Source: a virus. From it: 64,000 nt of DNA. How positions within the stretch are numbered: position 1 is the first letter of the stretch; each line of letters starts with the position of its first letter. Position numbers and translations under genes: made by a program. Below, in pieces: positions 1-9,244 of the stretch. The stretch is taken from positions 35,732 through 99,731 of IMG/VR virus record IMGVR_UViG_3300012920_009134. One strand, given 5' to 3'. The notes below the pieces were generated by a model, which was not told the DNA's origin, searched no databases, and saw nothing but the letters and a program-made list of their open reading frames with translations.

Positions 1-222
1 TCTGGTAAACTTAAGGTAGGTTTTAGGATAGGTCGTGCAAAAAATACTTCTCTGATCATGGAAGAGGGGGATGTTATACATCTAAAACCTGGTCTTATGC
101 ATATGAGAATGGCATTAGAAGACACAATTATTATAGAATGGTCTAATAAGGATGATGATTCTGACTCGCACATCGTAGAAGATGGGAAAACATACATACA
201 CATAGATGATGAGGAAATATGA
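1..222 (+). CDS. Cupin-domain protein, 5'-truncated (sugar isomerase/epimerase-like)
   Basis: Frame 1 is open from base 1: SGKLKVGFRIG...MEEGDVIHLKPGLMHMRMALEDTIIIEWS...; GD-x-I-x-L-x-PG-x-x-H matches cupin motif 2. Its TGA overlaps the next ATG (ATGA). Not in the ORF track. Confidence 0.7.
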   Translation, partial: SGKLKVGFRIGRAKNTSLIMEEGDVIHLKPGLMHMRMALEDTIIIEWSNKDDDSDSHIVEDGKTYIHIDDEEI

Positions 223-896
223 GAAAACTATACATTGATACAGCAAATCTAAAAGATATAAAAAAGATAAACTCTTTGGGAGTAATTCAAGGAGTGACCA
301 CAAACCCCAGTCTTATCTCTAAAGAACCAAAGCAAAATTTTGATGCTCTTATTGAGGATTTGGCAAGGTTTTGCGACAAGGCAAAACTGTCTTTAAGCGT
401 CGAGGTATTTGCCTCAGAACCGGATGAAATGCTAAACCAAGCGCGTGATATCCATGCTTCTTTGACTAAGATAATCGATCCATCTTTGTTGAGGATAAAG
501 ATTCCTGTTGGGTTTGAAGAGTTGAGGGTAATAAAAGAACTGTCTGGTGATGGTATAAGCGTAAACTGCACCTGCTGTTTTACCGAACAGCAGATGCAAC
601 TTGCAGCAATGAGTGGAGCAAAGTATGTATCTCTATTTTACAGTAGATTAAGAGATACATCGGGTAACCCGTCAGAAGTGTTAAGAAGAACTAGACAGTT
701 TATCGATGATAATAATCTCGACTGTGAAATCATCGCCGGTAGCATAAGGTCTCAGGGAGATGTATCGGGTGCCTGGGCGAATGGGTGCGATATAGTAACT
801 TGTAGTACAGCGATTATTAAGAGTATGACTAGTCACCCCAAGACAGACTCTTCTGTAGAAGGGTTTTTAAAAGATTTTAACAACTGGATTAAGTGA
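219..896 (+). CDS. talC: Transaldolase, short TalC/FSA family
   Basis: YIDTA, GVTTNPSL, SVEV, Schiff-base lysine motif IKIP, YVSLF..R, GSIRS, HPKT. Confidence 0.92.
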   Translation: MRKLYIDTANLKDIKKINSLGVIQGVTTNPSLISKEPKQNFDALIEDLARFCDKAKLSLSVEVFASEPDEMLNQARDIHASLTKIIDPSLLRIKIPVGFEELRVIKELSGDGISVNCTCCFTEQQMQLAAMSGAKYVSLFYSRLRDTSGNPSEVLRRTRQFIDDNNLDCEIIAGSIRSQGDVSGAWANGCDIVTCSTAIIKSMTSHPKTDSSVEGFLKDFNNWIK

Positions 897-897
897 T

Positions 898-1224
898 ATG
901 ATTTATTGCTTTGATATTGATGGTACCGTGTGCACACCCTACAGCGGTGACTATGAAAAATCTCAACCAATAAAAGATAGAATTGAAAAGGTCAATCAAC
1001 TCTATGATGAGGGCAATACCATATTCATGCTAACTGCTAGAGGTATGGGTAGGACTGACAACGATCAGATTGGTGCTTATAAATGTATGTATACGTTCAC
1101 CGAAAACCAGCTAGACAAGTGGGGTGTTAAGTATCATAAGTTGTTTTTGGGCAAACCTAACGCAGATCTCTACATAGATGATAAGGGAATGAAAGATTTA
1201 GATTTCTTTGGTGGCGGTGAATGA
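898..1224 (+). CDS. Small HAD-family phosphatase (capsule-biosynthesis phosphatase-like)
   Basis: FDIDGT (motif I), LTARG (motif II), GKP..DLYIDDK (motifs III/IV). Confidence 0.85.
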   Translation: MIYCFDIDGTVCTPYSGDYEKSQPIKDRIEKVNQLYDEGNTIFMLTARGMGRTDNDQIGAYKCMYTFTENQLDKWGVKYHKLFLGKPNADLYIDDKGMKDLDFFGGGE

Positions 1225-2126
1225 AGGTATACATCAATAGACAACCAAAACACGGACCTTGGGGCGGAGGTGCTAAGACAGTTAATAAACTTGTAGAACT
1301 ACTACTACACAAGGGTCATACTGTTGTCTACGAACTTCAAGAAGGTATTGATGTTATCTTTTGTATGGATCCTCGACCAAATCATAGAGGCGAATGGTAT
1401 CAACATTTTTTAGATTATAGGTTTGAAAATAAAAACACTAAAATAGTGCAGCGAGTAGGGGACGTTGGTACTCACTCAAAACCACATCTAACTGATATGG
1501 TAAGGCAGACTCTACCACATTCAGATCATTTTATATTTCCTAGTAAATGGGCCAAAGAGTGGATAGGTTTCGAATCAGAAAACTTCGATATAATCAATAA
1601 TGCCCCAATGCAAATATTTTATGAAAACAGAAAACTAGACCTAAAACTATCAGAACAAGTTAGTGTTGTTACGCACCATTGGTCTACCAACCCTAAAAAG
1701 GGATTCGATATATATCAAAAATTTGAAGAATGGTGCAAGGATCAAAATATTAGTTTTCACTATATTGGACAAGTCCCACCAGGAGTTGTTTTTGAAAACT
1801 ACACAAAACCAATATCAGCAGAACAACTTTCTGTAGTTTTACCAAAACATGACATATATTTAACCGCTTCACAAGAAGAAGCGGGTGCCAACCATGTCCT
1901 GGAAGCACTTGCAGTAGGACTTCCGGTAGTTTACAGAGATACCGGAGGCAGCATAAATAACTATTGCCATCCTTATGGAGAAGAATATTCTACTTTTGAT
2001 GGTATGGTTGATAAAGTGCAGAAGGTTATAGGGCATTATGATACTTACAAAAGTGAAGTATTAAAGTATGTCGACAACAATGATAACGTTATTGAGAGAT
2101 ATTGTGACATTATAGAGAAAATCTAA
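1221..2126 (+). CDS. Glycosyltransferase, GT-B fold (GT4-like)
   Basis: WGGG N-terminal loop, IFPSKW, NPKKG, ASQEEAGANHVLEALAVGLPVV (E-x7-E motif), GG. Confidence 0.85.
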   Translation: MKVYINRQPKHGPWGGGAKTVNKLVELLLHKGHTVVYELQEGIDVIFCMDPRPNHRGEWYQHFLDYRFENKNTKIVQRVGDVGTHSKPHLTDMVRQTLPHSDHFIFPSKWAKEWIGFESENFDIINNAPMQIFYENRKLDLKLSEQVSVVTHHWSTNPKKGFDIYQKFEEWCKDQNISFHYIGQVPPGVVFENYTKPISAEQLSVVLPKHDIYLTASQEEAGANHVLEALAVGLPVVYRDTGGSINNYCHPYGEEYSTFDGMVDKVQKVIGHYDTYKSEVLKYVDNNDNVIERYCDIIEKI

Positions 2127-2127
2127 T

Positions 2128-2826
2128 ATGAAAGTTAATATAAGCATAGACGATGTAAGTCCGCACCCTTTTTCATCCACAAGAGTATTGGAGAGGTGTG
2201 GAGAATTAATAGAAGTATTTCCAGATATTAAGTTTTCTTTGTTTATTCCCCTTGCTTATTGGAGAACAATGAAATCGGGAACAACCACAGCAAAACCAAT
2301 GTACATTTCTGAGTTTCCAGAGTTCTGCGAAACTATACTTGAACTTCCAGAACAAAACTACGAGATAGGTTTTCATGGGTATTATCATGGAATCCCCGGT
2401 AAAAGTGATAATGATGAGTTTCAGTACTTGAATTATGATGACGCACTTGTTAAAATAGATCTGATGTTCGATGAGGTGGATAAGGCAGGTTTGCAGAATA
2501 AGTTTAGAAAAATATTTAGACCACCAGCGTGGCGGTTAAGTCCAGACTCATTTAAAGCACTGTCTGACAGGGGGTTTGAAGTGTTTGCATTAACTGATCT
2601 GCCTTATACAAGAGAAGTGTATGCCGGAGAAGAGGACAATCATCCATGTACTTATTCCAATCAATTTCCTCCATTTAAAGATCTACACGTAGAAGATAAA
2701 GCAGGTATTGTGTATCATGCTTGTGAGTGGGATAAGAACTTTCTTACTATAGAAAAGTCTCACGATTTAACAAACTTTCTTGAAGACAAAGAGAAAACGT
2801 TCGTATTTCTAAAGGGATTGTTGTAA
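2128..2826 (+). CDS. Polysaccharide deacetylase-like (CE4/DUF2334)
   Basis: ISIDDV, IGFHGYYH, FRPPAW, VYH. Confidence 0.8.
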   Translation: MKVNISIDDVSPHPFSSTRVLERCGELIEVFPDIKFSLFIPLAYWRTMKSGTTTAKPMYISEFPEFCETILELPEQNYEIGFHGYYHGIPGKSDNDEFQYLNYDDALVKIDLMFDEVDKAGLQNKFRKIFRPPAWRLSPDSFKALSDRGFEVFALTDLPYTREVYAGEEDNHPCTYSNQFPPFKDLHVEDKAGIVYHACEWDKNFLTIEKSHDLTNFLEDKEKTFVFLKGLL

Positions 2827-3530
2827 TGGGAATGACAGATGGGTATTTGATTCCAAAAATGCCTCAATATATAGCAAAAAAGATTAACAGTCTAGATAGT
2901 GGTTCAAGAATCGCATGGTTAGGTCAAATTCATCCTGATATGAATGACACATGTGATATGTACAAGGCAATAATGAATCTTGTTGAGGTTGAAGATTTAA
3001 GGTGTGACTTTTACGATCTGAATAATGATGACAGCATTGCTGAAAACTCTTATGTTTGGGATGTGAATACTGAATGGGATTTTACAGGTTACGATATTAT
3101 TGTTGCAGTGAGGATATTTTATGCCTGTAACTCTGCTAGTCAGTTAATAAGGAACATTAAAAAAATGGTATCTACGGAACAAAACATAGTAGGTGATTTG
3201 ATGTCCGGTAACACCGGTGCTCACATAACAAATCCAGAATCTGGTATTTATCGCCAGTATTACTCTACGATGGTAGAGGATTGTGAAGTTTTTATGAAAC
3301 CAGCAAACAGCAAGGCAATCATTCCAATGCTTCCAAAGATGTGGATTGATCATGATATCAAAAATCCTGTCGGCAAATTCGGTTTCGGTGTAAAGCAAAA
3401 CCACAAAGATCAAGTTTTGACAGAAGAGATGCTTGCAGAAAGCGGAATTAAAGTTACACCAATATCAGTTTTTAGAGAACCGACAAAATATAGAATATAT
3501 TCAATATGTGAGTTTACAAATGACGTTTAA
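2826..3530 (+). CDS. Hypothetical protein, possibly SAM-methyltransferase-like fold
   Basis: RIAWLG ... DFYDL ... WDVN ... YDIIVAVR pattern resembles class I methyltransferase strands; lies in the glycan cluster. Confidence 0.35.
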   Translation: MGMTDGYLIPKMPQYIAKKINSLDSGSRIAWLGQIHPDMNDTCDMYKAIMNLVEVEDLRCDFYDLNNDDSIAENSYVWDVNTEWDFTGYDIIVAVRIFYACNSASQLIRNIKKMVSTEQNIVGDLMSGNTGAHITNPESGIYRQYYSTMVEDCEVFMKPANSKAIIPMLPKMWIDHDIKNPVGKFGFGVKQNHKDQVLTEEMLAESGIKVTPISVFREPTKYRIYSICEFTNDV

Positions 3531-4548
3531 CTTTTTGCTTAGAGAAATGACACACCTTAGATATTTTATCCCGATTGTTGAAGAGGGTAATGCAAGAGGT
3601 GTTAAATCTAACTTCTATATCACGCATTCTGGAAAGTATAACTGCCCAACAATCCACCGTGATTTTCTTAACAAAATCAAAAAAAAATATAACATCGGAA
3701 CTCTTGAAGAGTATGATCTAGAGTCTATCGAGGGATTTTGGTTTGCAAACGAATCATCTGGTTTAGATATAACAAAAAAAGTTGCAACGCAAAAAAGCGC
3801 GAAAGTAATCATCACAACATATCAAACAGATTTTACACAGTGCTATCCCAAATATTCAGCAATAGCAGATTACATTATGATGCCAAGTGAGAAAGTTGCT
3901 CAGTACTATAACCTTGAAGGTGAAAAAAATATTTATGTTGGTATACCAAAGTATGATATAGAAATTGACTCAAGTAAGGTGTTGGAAAAGTATGGACTTG
4001 ATCTCAACAGAAAGAAAGTTCTACTTATGTGGCCAAAGTCAAGAGATCTGGCAAAGTTTCCTATTGATATAATAAGTAACTTCCAACAGTTAGGGTGGCA
4101 AGTTTTAGTAAAGGCAAGAGGAAAGGATCCAATATCTAAAAATACGGCAAACTACTTATTGTCTGGTGGACATAAGTTTTTTTACGATGGTTGGTTTCCA
4201 CACACTTCGCAAGAACTTTTGGAAGTGAGTGATTTAGTCGTAAACTGTGGATCTACAACGATTGAAGAATGTGTTATGCACGAAGTTCCTTTAATCAATT
4301 TCGATATAAAACCGGAAGTACGTCATGGCAAAAAACAAAAACACAGAGTGACTCATGATTATTTGTACAACTATAAATTCTGTATAAACATTCCATCGCT
4401 TAATAAAAACTTTAACACCGCAATGTTAAACGCCATGATTCAATCGCTACTACAGAAAGATCTAAAATCAGAGTTTAAAAAGTGTAAGCAAGAATGGTTG
4501 TATGATCATAAAAATACTTGTAAAAACTTATTAGATATGATACTATAG
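3520..4548 (+). CDS. GT-B transferase of the CDP-glycerol glycerophosphotransferase / surface-carbohydrate biosynthesis type; candidate nonulosonate transferase
   Basis: VGIPKYD, KKVLLMWP, SDLVVNCGSTTIEECVMHEVPLINF. Start moved to ATG 3520 (ORF track starts at 3433). Directly upstream of neuA/neuB. Confidence 0.6.
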   Translation: MTFNFLLREMTHLRYFIPIVEEGNARGVKSNFYITHSGKYNCPTIHRDFLNKIKKKYNIGTLEEYDLESIEGFWFANESSGLDITKKVATQKSAKVIITTYQTDFTQCYPKYSAIADYIMMPSEKVAQYYNLEGEKNIYVGIPKYDIEIDSSKVLEKYGLDLNRKKVLLMWPKSRDLAKFPIDIISNFQQLGWQVLVKARGKDPISKNTANYLLSGGHKFFYDGWFPHTSQELLEVSDLVVNCGSTTIEECVMHEVPLINFDIKPEVRHGKKQKHRVTHDYLYNYKFCINIPSLNKNFNTAMLNAMIQSLLQKDLKSEFKKCKQEWLYDHKNTCKNLLDMIL

Positions 4549-4552
4549 TGGC

Positions 4553-5104
4553 ATGAAAGTTGTTGCTATTATACCTGCTCGTGGTGGTTCTAAAAGACTT
4601 CCAAGAAAAAATATATATCCTATCTGGGGAAAACCAATGCTCTATTGGTCTGTCTTGGCAGCAAAGCAAAGTAGATACATTGATGAAGTGTGGGTAACCA
4701 CAGAAGATAAAGAAATAAAGAAAGTTGCTCTAGAATGCGGTGCCCGAGTTCACGATAGGGATCCGATACTGTCTGGTGACAAGGTATATAAGATGGAAGC
4801 AATAAGAAGTTGTTTCGGTGATATTGATAACGGAGAGGATATAGTTATTTCATTACAGGCAAACTCTCCCGAAATGACCGGCGAAATACTTGACAGTGCC
4901 ATTGATTCTTTTATACAAAACGATAGACACGAGTTATTGAGCGTTTCGCCAAACCTTATGCAGAATGCTGCTTTCAGAATTATGAAATCTTGGTATGTCT
5001 TTCAGAAAGATCTAAGTACCAAGTGCGGTGTGTTTGTTTGTGATATACACGACGTTCATACAAAGGAGGATATTGAGATGATAGAAGAGAGGACCAACCG
5101 ATGA
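4553..5104 (+). CDS. neuA: CMP-nonulosonate (acylneuraminate) cytidylyltransferase
   Basis: AIIPARGGSKRLPRKN, VTTED, LQANSP, DVHTKED. Confidence 0.92.
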   Translation: MKVVAIIPARGGSKRLPRKNIYPIWGKPMLYWSVLAAKQSRYIDEVWVTTEDKEIKKVALECGARVHDRDPILSGDKVYKMEAIRSCFGDIDNGEDIVISLQANSPEMTGEILDSAIDSFIQNDRHELLSVSPNLMQNAAFRIMKSWYVFQKDLSTKCGVFVCDIHDVHTKEDIEMIEERTNR

Positions 5105-5814
5105 AGATTATTGTAGATCTTTGTAACCAACATTTTGGAAGTCTAGAAGAGTTAAAAAGAATGTCTTTGAATGCTTTTCTTTCTGGCGCTGATGCTGTAA
5201 AAATTCAACTTTTAGATTCTGAAAAACTATTAGGCACAACAGAAAAAAAGTATAGAGATATTTGCTTTCAAGATGCTTACGAGTTGTCAAAATATTGTGA
5301 TGACATTGGCATTGAGTTTATGGCATCTGTATTCGATGCAGAGAGATTTGAGTGGTTGGAAGATCTTGGAGTTCAAATGCACAAGATAGCTAGCAGAACA
5401 TCAAGGCGCGATAAGGCACTGTCCGAACTTATACTTTCAGATGGAAAACCCACAATCATATCAACAGGTATGCATGATTTTGCAGAGTTTCCATTTGGAC
5501 ACTCTGATCAGATTGAATATTTGTTCTGTGTATCCAAATATCCTACATATCTAGATGATGAAAAACTAGCAAAAATGCCGCATTTTAAGCGCCCTGGTTA
5601 CTCTGGGTACAGTGACCATACGATTGGCATCGCGGCAGCGTTACGCGCCCATTCTCGCGGCGCTACGATACTAGAAAAGCATTTTTCTAATAACCTTGGT
5701 GCCCAAACAAGACTGGAAGGCGGGCACATAGGGTCTTTTGATCAGGACTCATTAAGAAACTTTGTTAATATCGTAAAACAATTTGAGATTATGGAGAAGA
5801 AAAGTGAGTATTAG
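5101..5814 (+). CDS. neuB: Nonulosonic acid (N-acetylneuraminate-type) synthase, no C-terminal SAF domain
   Basis: NQHFGS, GADAVKIQ, SVFD, KIAS, IISTGM, CVSKYPT, GYSDHT, LEKHF. Confidence 0.9.
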   Translation: MKIIVDLCNQHFGSLEELKRMSLNAFLSGADAVKIQLLDSEKLLGTTEKKYRDICFQDAYELSKYCDDIGIEFMASVFDAERFEWLEDLGVQMHKIASRTSRRDKALSELILSDGKPTIISTGMHDFAEFPFGHSDQIEYLFCVSKYPTYLDDEKLAKMPHFKRPGYSGYSDHTIGIAAALRAHSRGATILEKHFSNNLGAQTRLEGGHIGSFDQDSLRNFVNIVKQFEIMEKKSEY

Positions 5815-6430
5815 GAATCCTGATGTATCGGTCATCATCACAAACTATAACTACGAAAAGTATATTGCTCGCGCTGTCAGGAGTTGTTTGAACCAATCTC
5901 ATGTTAATCATGAAGTTATAGTTGTTGATGATTGTAGCACCGACGATTCTGTAAAGACCTTAAATCCATTCAAGGAACAGGTTAAAATTATTTCTACTGG
6001 GACTAATGGTGGCGTTGCTGTTGCTGCAAATATGGGAGTTAGAGAAGCGAGAGGTCAGTTTTTTATTCGTGTTGATGCAGACGATTACGTTAACTCTGAT
6101 ATGTGTTATATGATGAAAACATACCTTGAGGCAAATCACGATGCCTTTTGTGTGTCATGTGATTATCTTATGGTAGATAACTTTGAAAACACACTAGAAA
6201 GGAAGTATGCAGAAGTAGAAAATATATCATGCGGCATCATGTACCGAAGAGATCCTTTCCTCGCAGTTGGCGGGTACAACAACAAAATGAGACACAGAGA
6301 GGAAGAGGAACTTCGAAAAAGATTGGGACAAGACTATAAAATACATCATTTGAAGATTCCGTTTTATAGATATAGGATGCATAACACAAACAAAACAAAA
6401 GAACCAGAATACAAAACGTGGGAGATATGA
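5804..6430 (+). CDS. Glycosyltransferase family 2
   Basis: VSVIITNYN, VVDDCSTD, RVDADD (DxD). Start inferred at GTG 5804 after GGAGA. Confidence 0.9.
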   Translation: MSIRNPDVSVIITNYNYEKYIARAVRSCLNQSHVNHEVIVVDDCSTDDSVKTLNPFKEQVKIISTGTNGGVAVAANMGVREARGQFFIRVDADDYVNSDMCYMMKTYLEANHDAFCVSCDYLMVDNFENTLERKYAEVENISCGIMYRRDPFLAVGGYNNKMRHREEEELRKRLGQDYKIHHLKIPFYRYRMHNTNKTKEPEYKTWEI

Positions 6431-6433
6431 AAG

Positions 6434-7120
6434 ATGAGTAAAAAGATTTTTATTACAGGGTGTGCAAAATCAGGCACCACATTGTTACTGAGAATGTGTT
6501 ATGCATTCAAGGACACGGAAGTTTTATACAGAGAGGGGTTTGACGGACACGAACTACCATTCAATGATTTCGTTGATCATAAAAGTGAAAACAAGTTTAT
6601 TATTGGAAAGAGACACCCACCAGCACTTTTGAGTAACGTGTTGATTCCTGAATTCGCTGAACAGGCAGCAACCGTTATTTCACAAGACATTGCGATTATA
6701 AATGTTGTTAGGGATGGACGAGATGTAGTGCTCTCTGATGGCAACTATGTAAAACCAAGAAGATGGATCGATACTGTGAAACAGAGAGATAAAGAAGTGT
6801 TCGGTGCTTTGATCGATTTAGAAGTCAGGTATGAAGATTTAGTTAGAAATCCAGAGAAGATTCAAAAACAAATGGAAGAGTTGTTTGGATTGGAGTCGGA
6901 ACATAGTTTTGCAAAATATCCAGAGTACGTAGAAGATTGGGTCTACGAGTGGAATGTTTCTGTATTGGGTCGTGCAGGCAAGGGAAATGATTCTGATTAT
7001 GGTAAACGAAAGTTGAGTGACAAAGGTGTTGGCAAAGACCCAGAAGCATATAAGGACATATGTTCAGAACTGGAACTTCCTGAGTTTGAAAAATGTTTGA
7101 AGGAGTTGAGATACATATGA
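6434..7120 (+). CDS. PAPS-dependent sulfotransferase
   Basis: 5'-PSB loop IFITGCAKSGTTLL, 3'-PB motif VRDGRDVVLS, VRYEDLV.NP. Confidence 0.88.
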   Translation: MSKKIFITGCAKSGTTLLLRMCYAFKDTEVLYREGFDGHELPFNDFVDHKSENKFIIGKRHPPALLSNVLIPEFAEQAATVISQDIAIINVVRDGRDVVLSDGNYVKPRRWIDTVKQRDKEVFGALIDLEVRYEDLVRNPEKIQKQMEELFGLESEHSFAKYPEYVEDWVYEWNVSVLGRAGKGNDSDYGKRKLSDKGVGKDPEAYKDICSELELPEFEKCLKELRYI

Positions 7121-7986
7121 GAGCATTGGTTACAGGTCATGAAGGATACATTGGCGGTAATTTTGTAAAAGAATGGGTGAAGAGAGGTCATGAGTATCTT
7201 GGATATGATATGAAGAATAATCATGAGTTTGATCTCTCAAAAAGAATAAAAGAACTTTACATTAATCACAAAAACAAACCTATTGATGTTGTGATACATT
7301 TTGCTGCTATACCGAGAGTTGCTTTTAGTGTAGAACAACCAGTTTATGTTATGAATAACAATATAAACTCGACAACTAGAGTGTTGAATTGGGCAAAAAA
7401 AGAAAATATCCCAGTTGTTTATAGTTCGTCTTCTTCTGTTGTCGGTAACGGAACTGGTCCCGCTAGTCCATACGCGCTGTCTAAGTATGTTGGAGAAATG
7501 GAGACCATACTGTATAATCAGTTATATGGTCTTAAGACTGTAGCGTTGAGATATTTTAATGTCTATTCTTACGACCAACAGGCAGACAGTGAGTATGCCA
7601 CTGTTGTATGCAATTGGAAAAAGTTCATTACAGAGGGTCGGACTCCTTTTATTACCGGTGATGGAGAGCAGAGGAGAGACATGACTCATGTTGACGATAT
7701 CGTTTCAGCAAATATTTTCTGCGCAGAGAACATTGATAATGATGAACTTTGGGGGCACTGGTATGATATTGGATCTGGTGAAAACATTTCTTTAAATGAA
7801 TTGAAAGAAATTGTGTTACAATATTTCCCAGAGCAAAGATTTGACTATATAGACCCCAGACCAGGAGATGTAATGTATACTGAGGCAGATTTGTCTAAGT
7901 TCAAAGCACATGGGTGGGAAAGCAAGGTACGACTTCAAGAAGGTCTAAATCTTGTTTATAAGACATTAAAAGAGGAGTTGGGATAA
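7117..7986 (+). CDS. NAD-dependent nucleotide-sugar epimerase/dehydratase (extended SDR)
   Basis: VTGHEGYIG, HFAA, SSSSV, YALSK (YxxxK), RYFNVY, GDGEQRRD, RPGD. Start ATG 7117. Confidence 0.92.
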   Translation: MRALVTGHEGYIGGNFVKEWVKRGHEYLGYDMKNNHEFDLSKRIKELYINHKNKPIDVVIHFAAIPRVAFSVEQPVYVMNNNINSTTRVLNWAKKENIPVVYSSSSSVVGNGTGPASPYALSKYVGEMETILYNQLYGLKTVALRYFNVYSYDQQADSEYATVVCNWKKFITEGRTPFITGDGEQRRDMTHVDDIVSANIFCAENIDNDELWGHWYDIGSGENISLNELKEIVLQYFPEQRFDYIDPRPGDVMYTEADLSKFKAHGWESKVRLQEGLNLVYKTLKEELG

Positions 7987-8852
7987 TGAAGTTAGGTATT
8001 ATTGGAAATGGTTTTGTTGGTAACGCAATTGCACATGCTTTTATTCCATGCATGGAGGTAAAGATATATGACAAAAATCCAGATAAGTGCTTTAACGAAC
8101 TTGCTGATGTTGTTAATGATTCAGATGTGGTGTTCATATCGGTTCCAACCCCAATGACTCAAGAGGGGTTGATAGACTTGTCGATTGTACATGGCGTCTT
8201 TGAGGAAATCGAGTCTGTCAAGACTAATGAATCTAGACCTATTTTTGTTTTAAAATCAACAGTTGTACCAGGTACTACGAGAAAAATAAAACAAAAACAT
8301 CCCAATTTGCAGATCGTTTTTAATCCTGAGTTTTTGACAGAGCGACATGCTCGATTCGACTTTTTGAATCAAAGCAGGATTGTTCTTGGTTTTGAGGAGG
8401 ATCTTCAACCTGGACAAAGAAATCTTACAGTTGATAAGGTTAAGAAACTGTATGATCTTAGGTTTTCTGGAAACAACTTTATTACAACAAATTACGAGAC
8501 GGCAGAAATGATTAAGTATTTTAATAACCTCTTTTTTGCGGTAAAGGTATCTTTTATGAACGAAATGAAGTTAGTTGCAGACAAACTTGAAACAGTAAAC
8601 TGGGACAAGGCGGTAAGGGGTTTTGTTTCGGATGGGCGCGTGGGAGATTCGCATTTGCAAGTCCCTGGTCCAGATGGTAAGTGTGGTTTTGGTGGTTCGT
8701 GTTTCCCTAAAGATATAAACGCATTCATGACATTTGCTGATTCTATTGGATTAGATTTGGCAGTGTTGAAGGGTGCGTGGAAAACAAATCTAAATGTAAG
8801 ACCAGAGAAAGACTGGGAAAATCTAAAAGGAAGGGCAATATCGGATGACTAA
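7986..8852 (+). CDS. ugd: UDP-glucose/GDP-mannose dehydrogenase family, lacking the C-terminal domain
   Basis: GIIGNGFVG, SVPTP, KSTVVPGT, NPEFL, AEMIKY..N, GFGGSCFPKD (catalytic Cys). Confidence 0.9.
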   Translation: MKLGIIGNGFVGNAIAHAFIPCMEVKIYDKNPDKCFNELADVVNDSDVVFISVPTPMTQEGLIDLSIVHGVFEEIESVKTNESRPIFVLKSTVVPGTTRKIKQKHPNLQIVFNPEFLTERHARFDFLNQSRIVLGFEEDLQPGQRNLTVDKVKKLYDLRFSGNNFITTNYETAEMIKYFNNLFFAVKVSFMNEMKLVADKLETVNWDKAVRGFVSDGRVGDSHLQVPGPDGKCGFGGSCFPKDINAFMTFADSIGLDLAVLKGAWKTNLNVRPEKDWENLKGRAISDD

Positions 8853-9243
8853 AAGAGCAATGTTTATTGGTAGATGGCAACCATTTCATAATGGCCATAA
8901 GTGGTTGATTAACCAAAAACTAGGAGAAGGCAAACCAATCTTGATCGCGGTTAGGGATATCCCACCAGATGAAAAGAATCCGTTTACGACGGAGCAAACT
9001 GTAGAAATGATACAAAAGGTATACAGTGAACAAGATGTGGAGGTAGTTTGTATCCCAGACATTGAAAGTGTTAACTGGGGTCGTGGCGTTGGGTATGGAC
9101 TTAACGAGCACGTACCACCACAGAACATTGGATTCATTTCGGCAACAGGAATCAGAAACAACATCAAGGATGGTGTGGATTCTTGGCGAGAAAACGTAGA
9201 TCCGTCCATCCAAGAGATGGTCGTAAGGTATTTAGGAGAATAA
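8845..9243 (+). CDS. Small HxGH-type nucleotidyltransferase (cytidyltransferase-like); candidate sulfate adenylyltransferase
   Basis: GRWQPFHNGH, NPF, WGRGVGY, ISATGIR; ends 2 bp before APS kinase. Confidence 0.75.
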   Translation: MTKRAMFIGRWQPFHNGHKWLINQKLGEGKPILIAVRDIPPDEKNPFTTEQTVEMIQKVYSEQDVEVVCIPDIESVNWGRGVGYGLNEHVPPQNIGFISATGIRNNIKDGVDSWRENVDPSIQEMVVRYLGE

Positions 9244-9244
9244 A

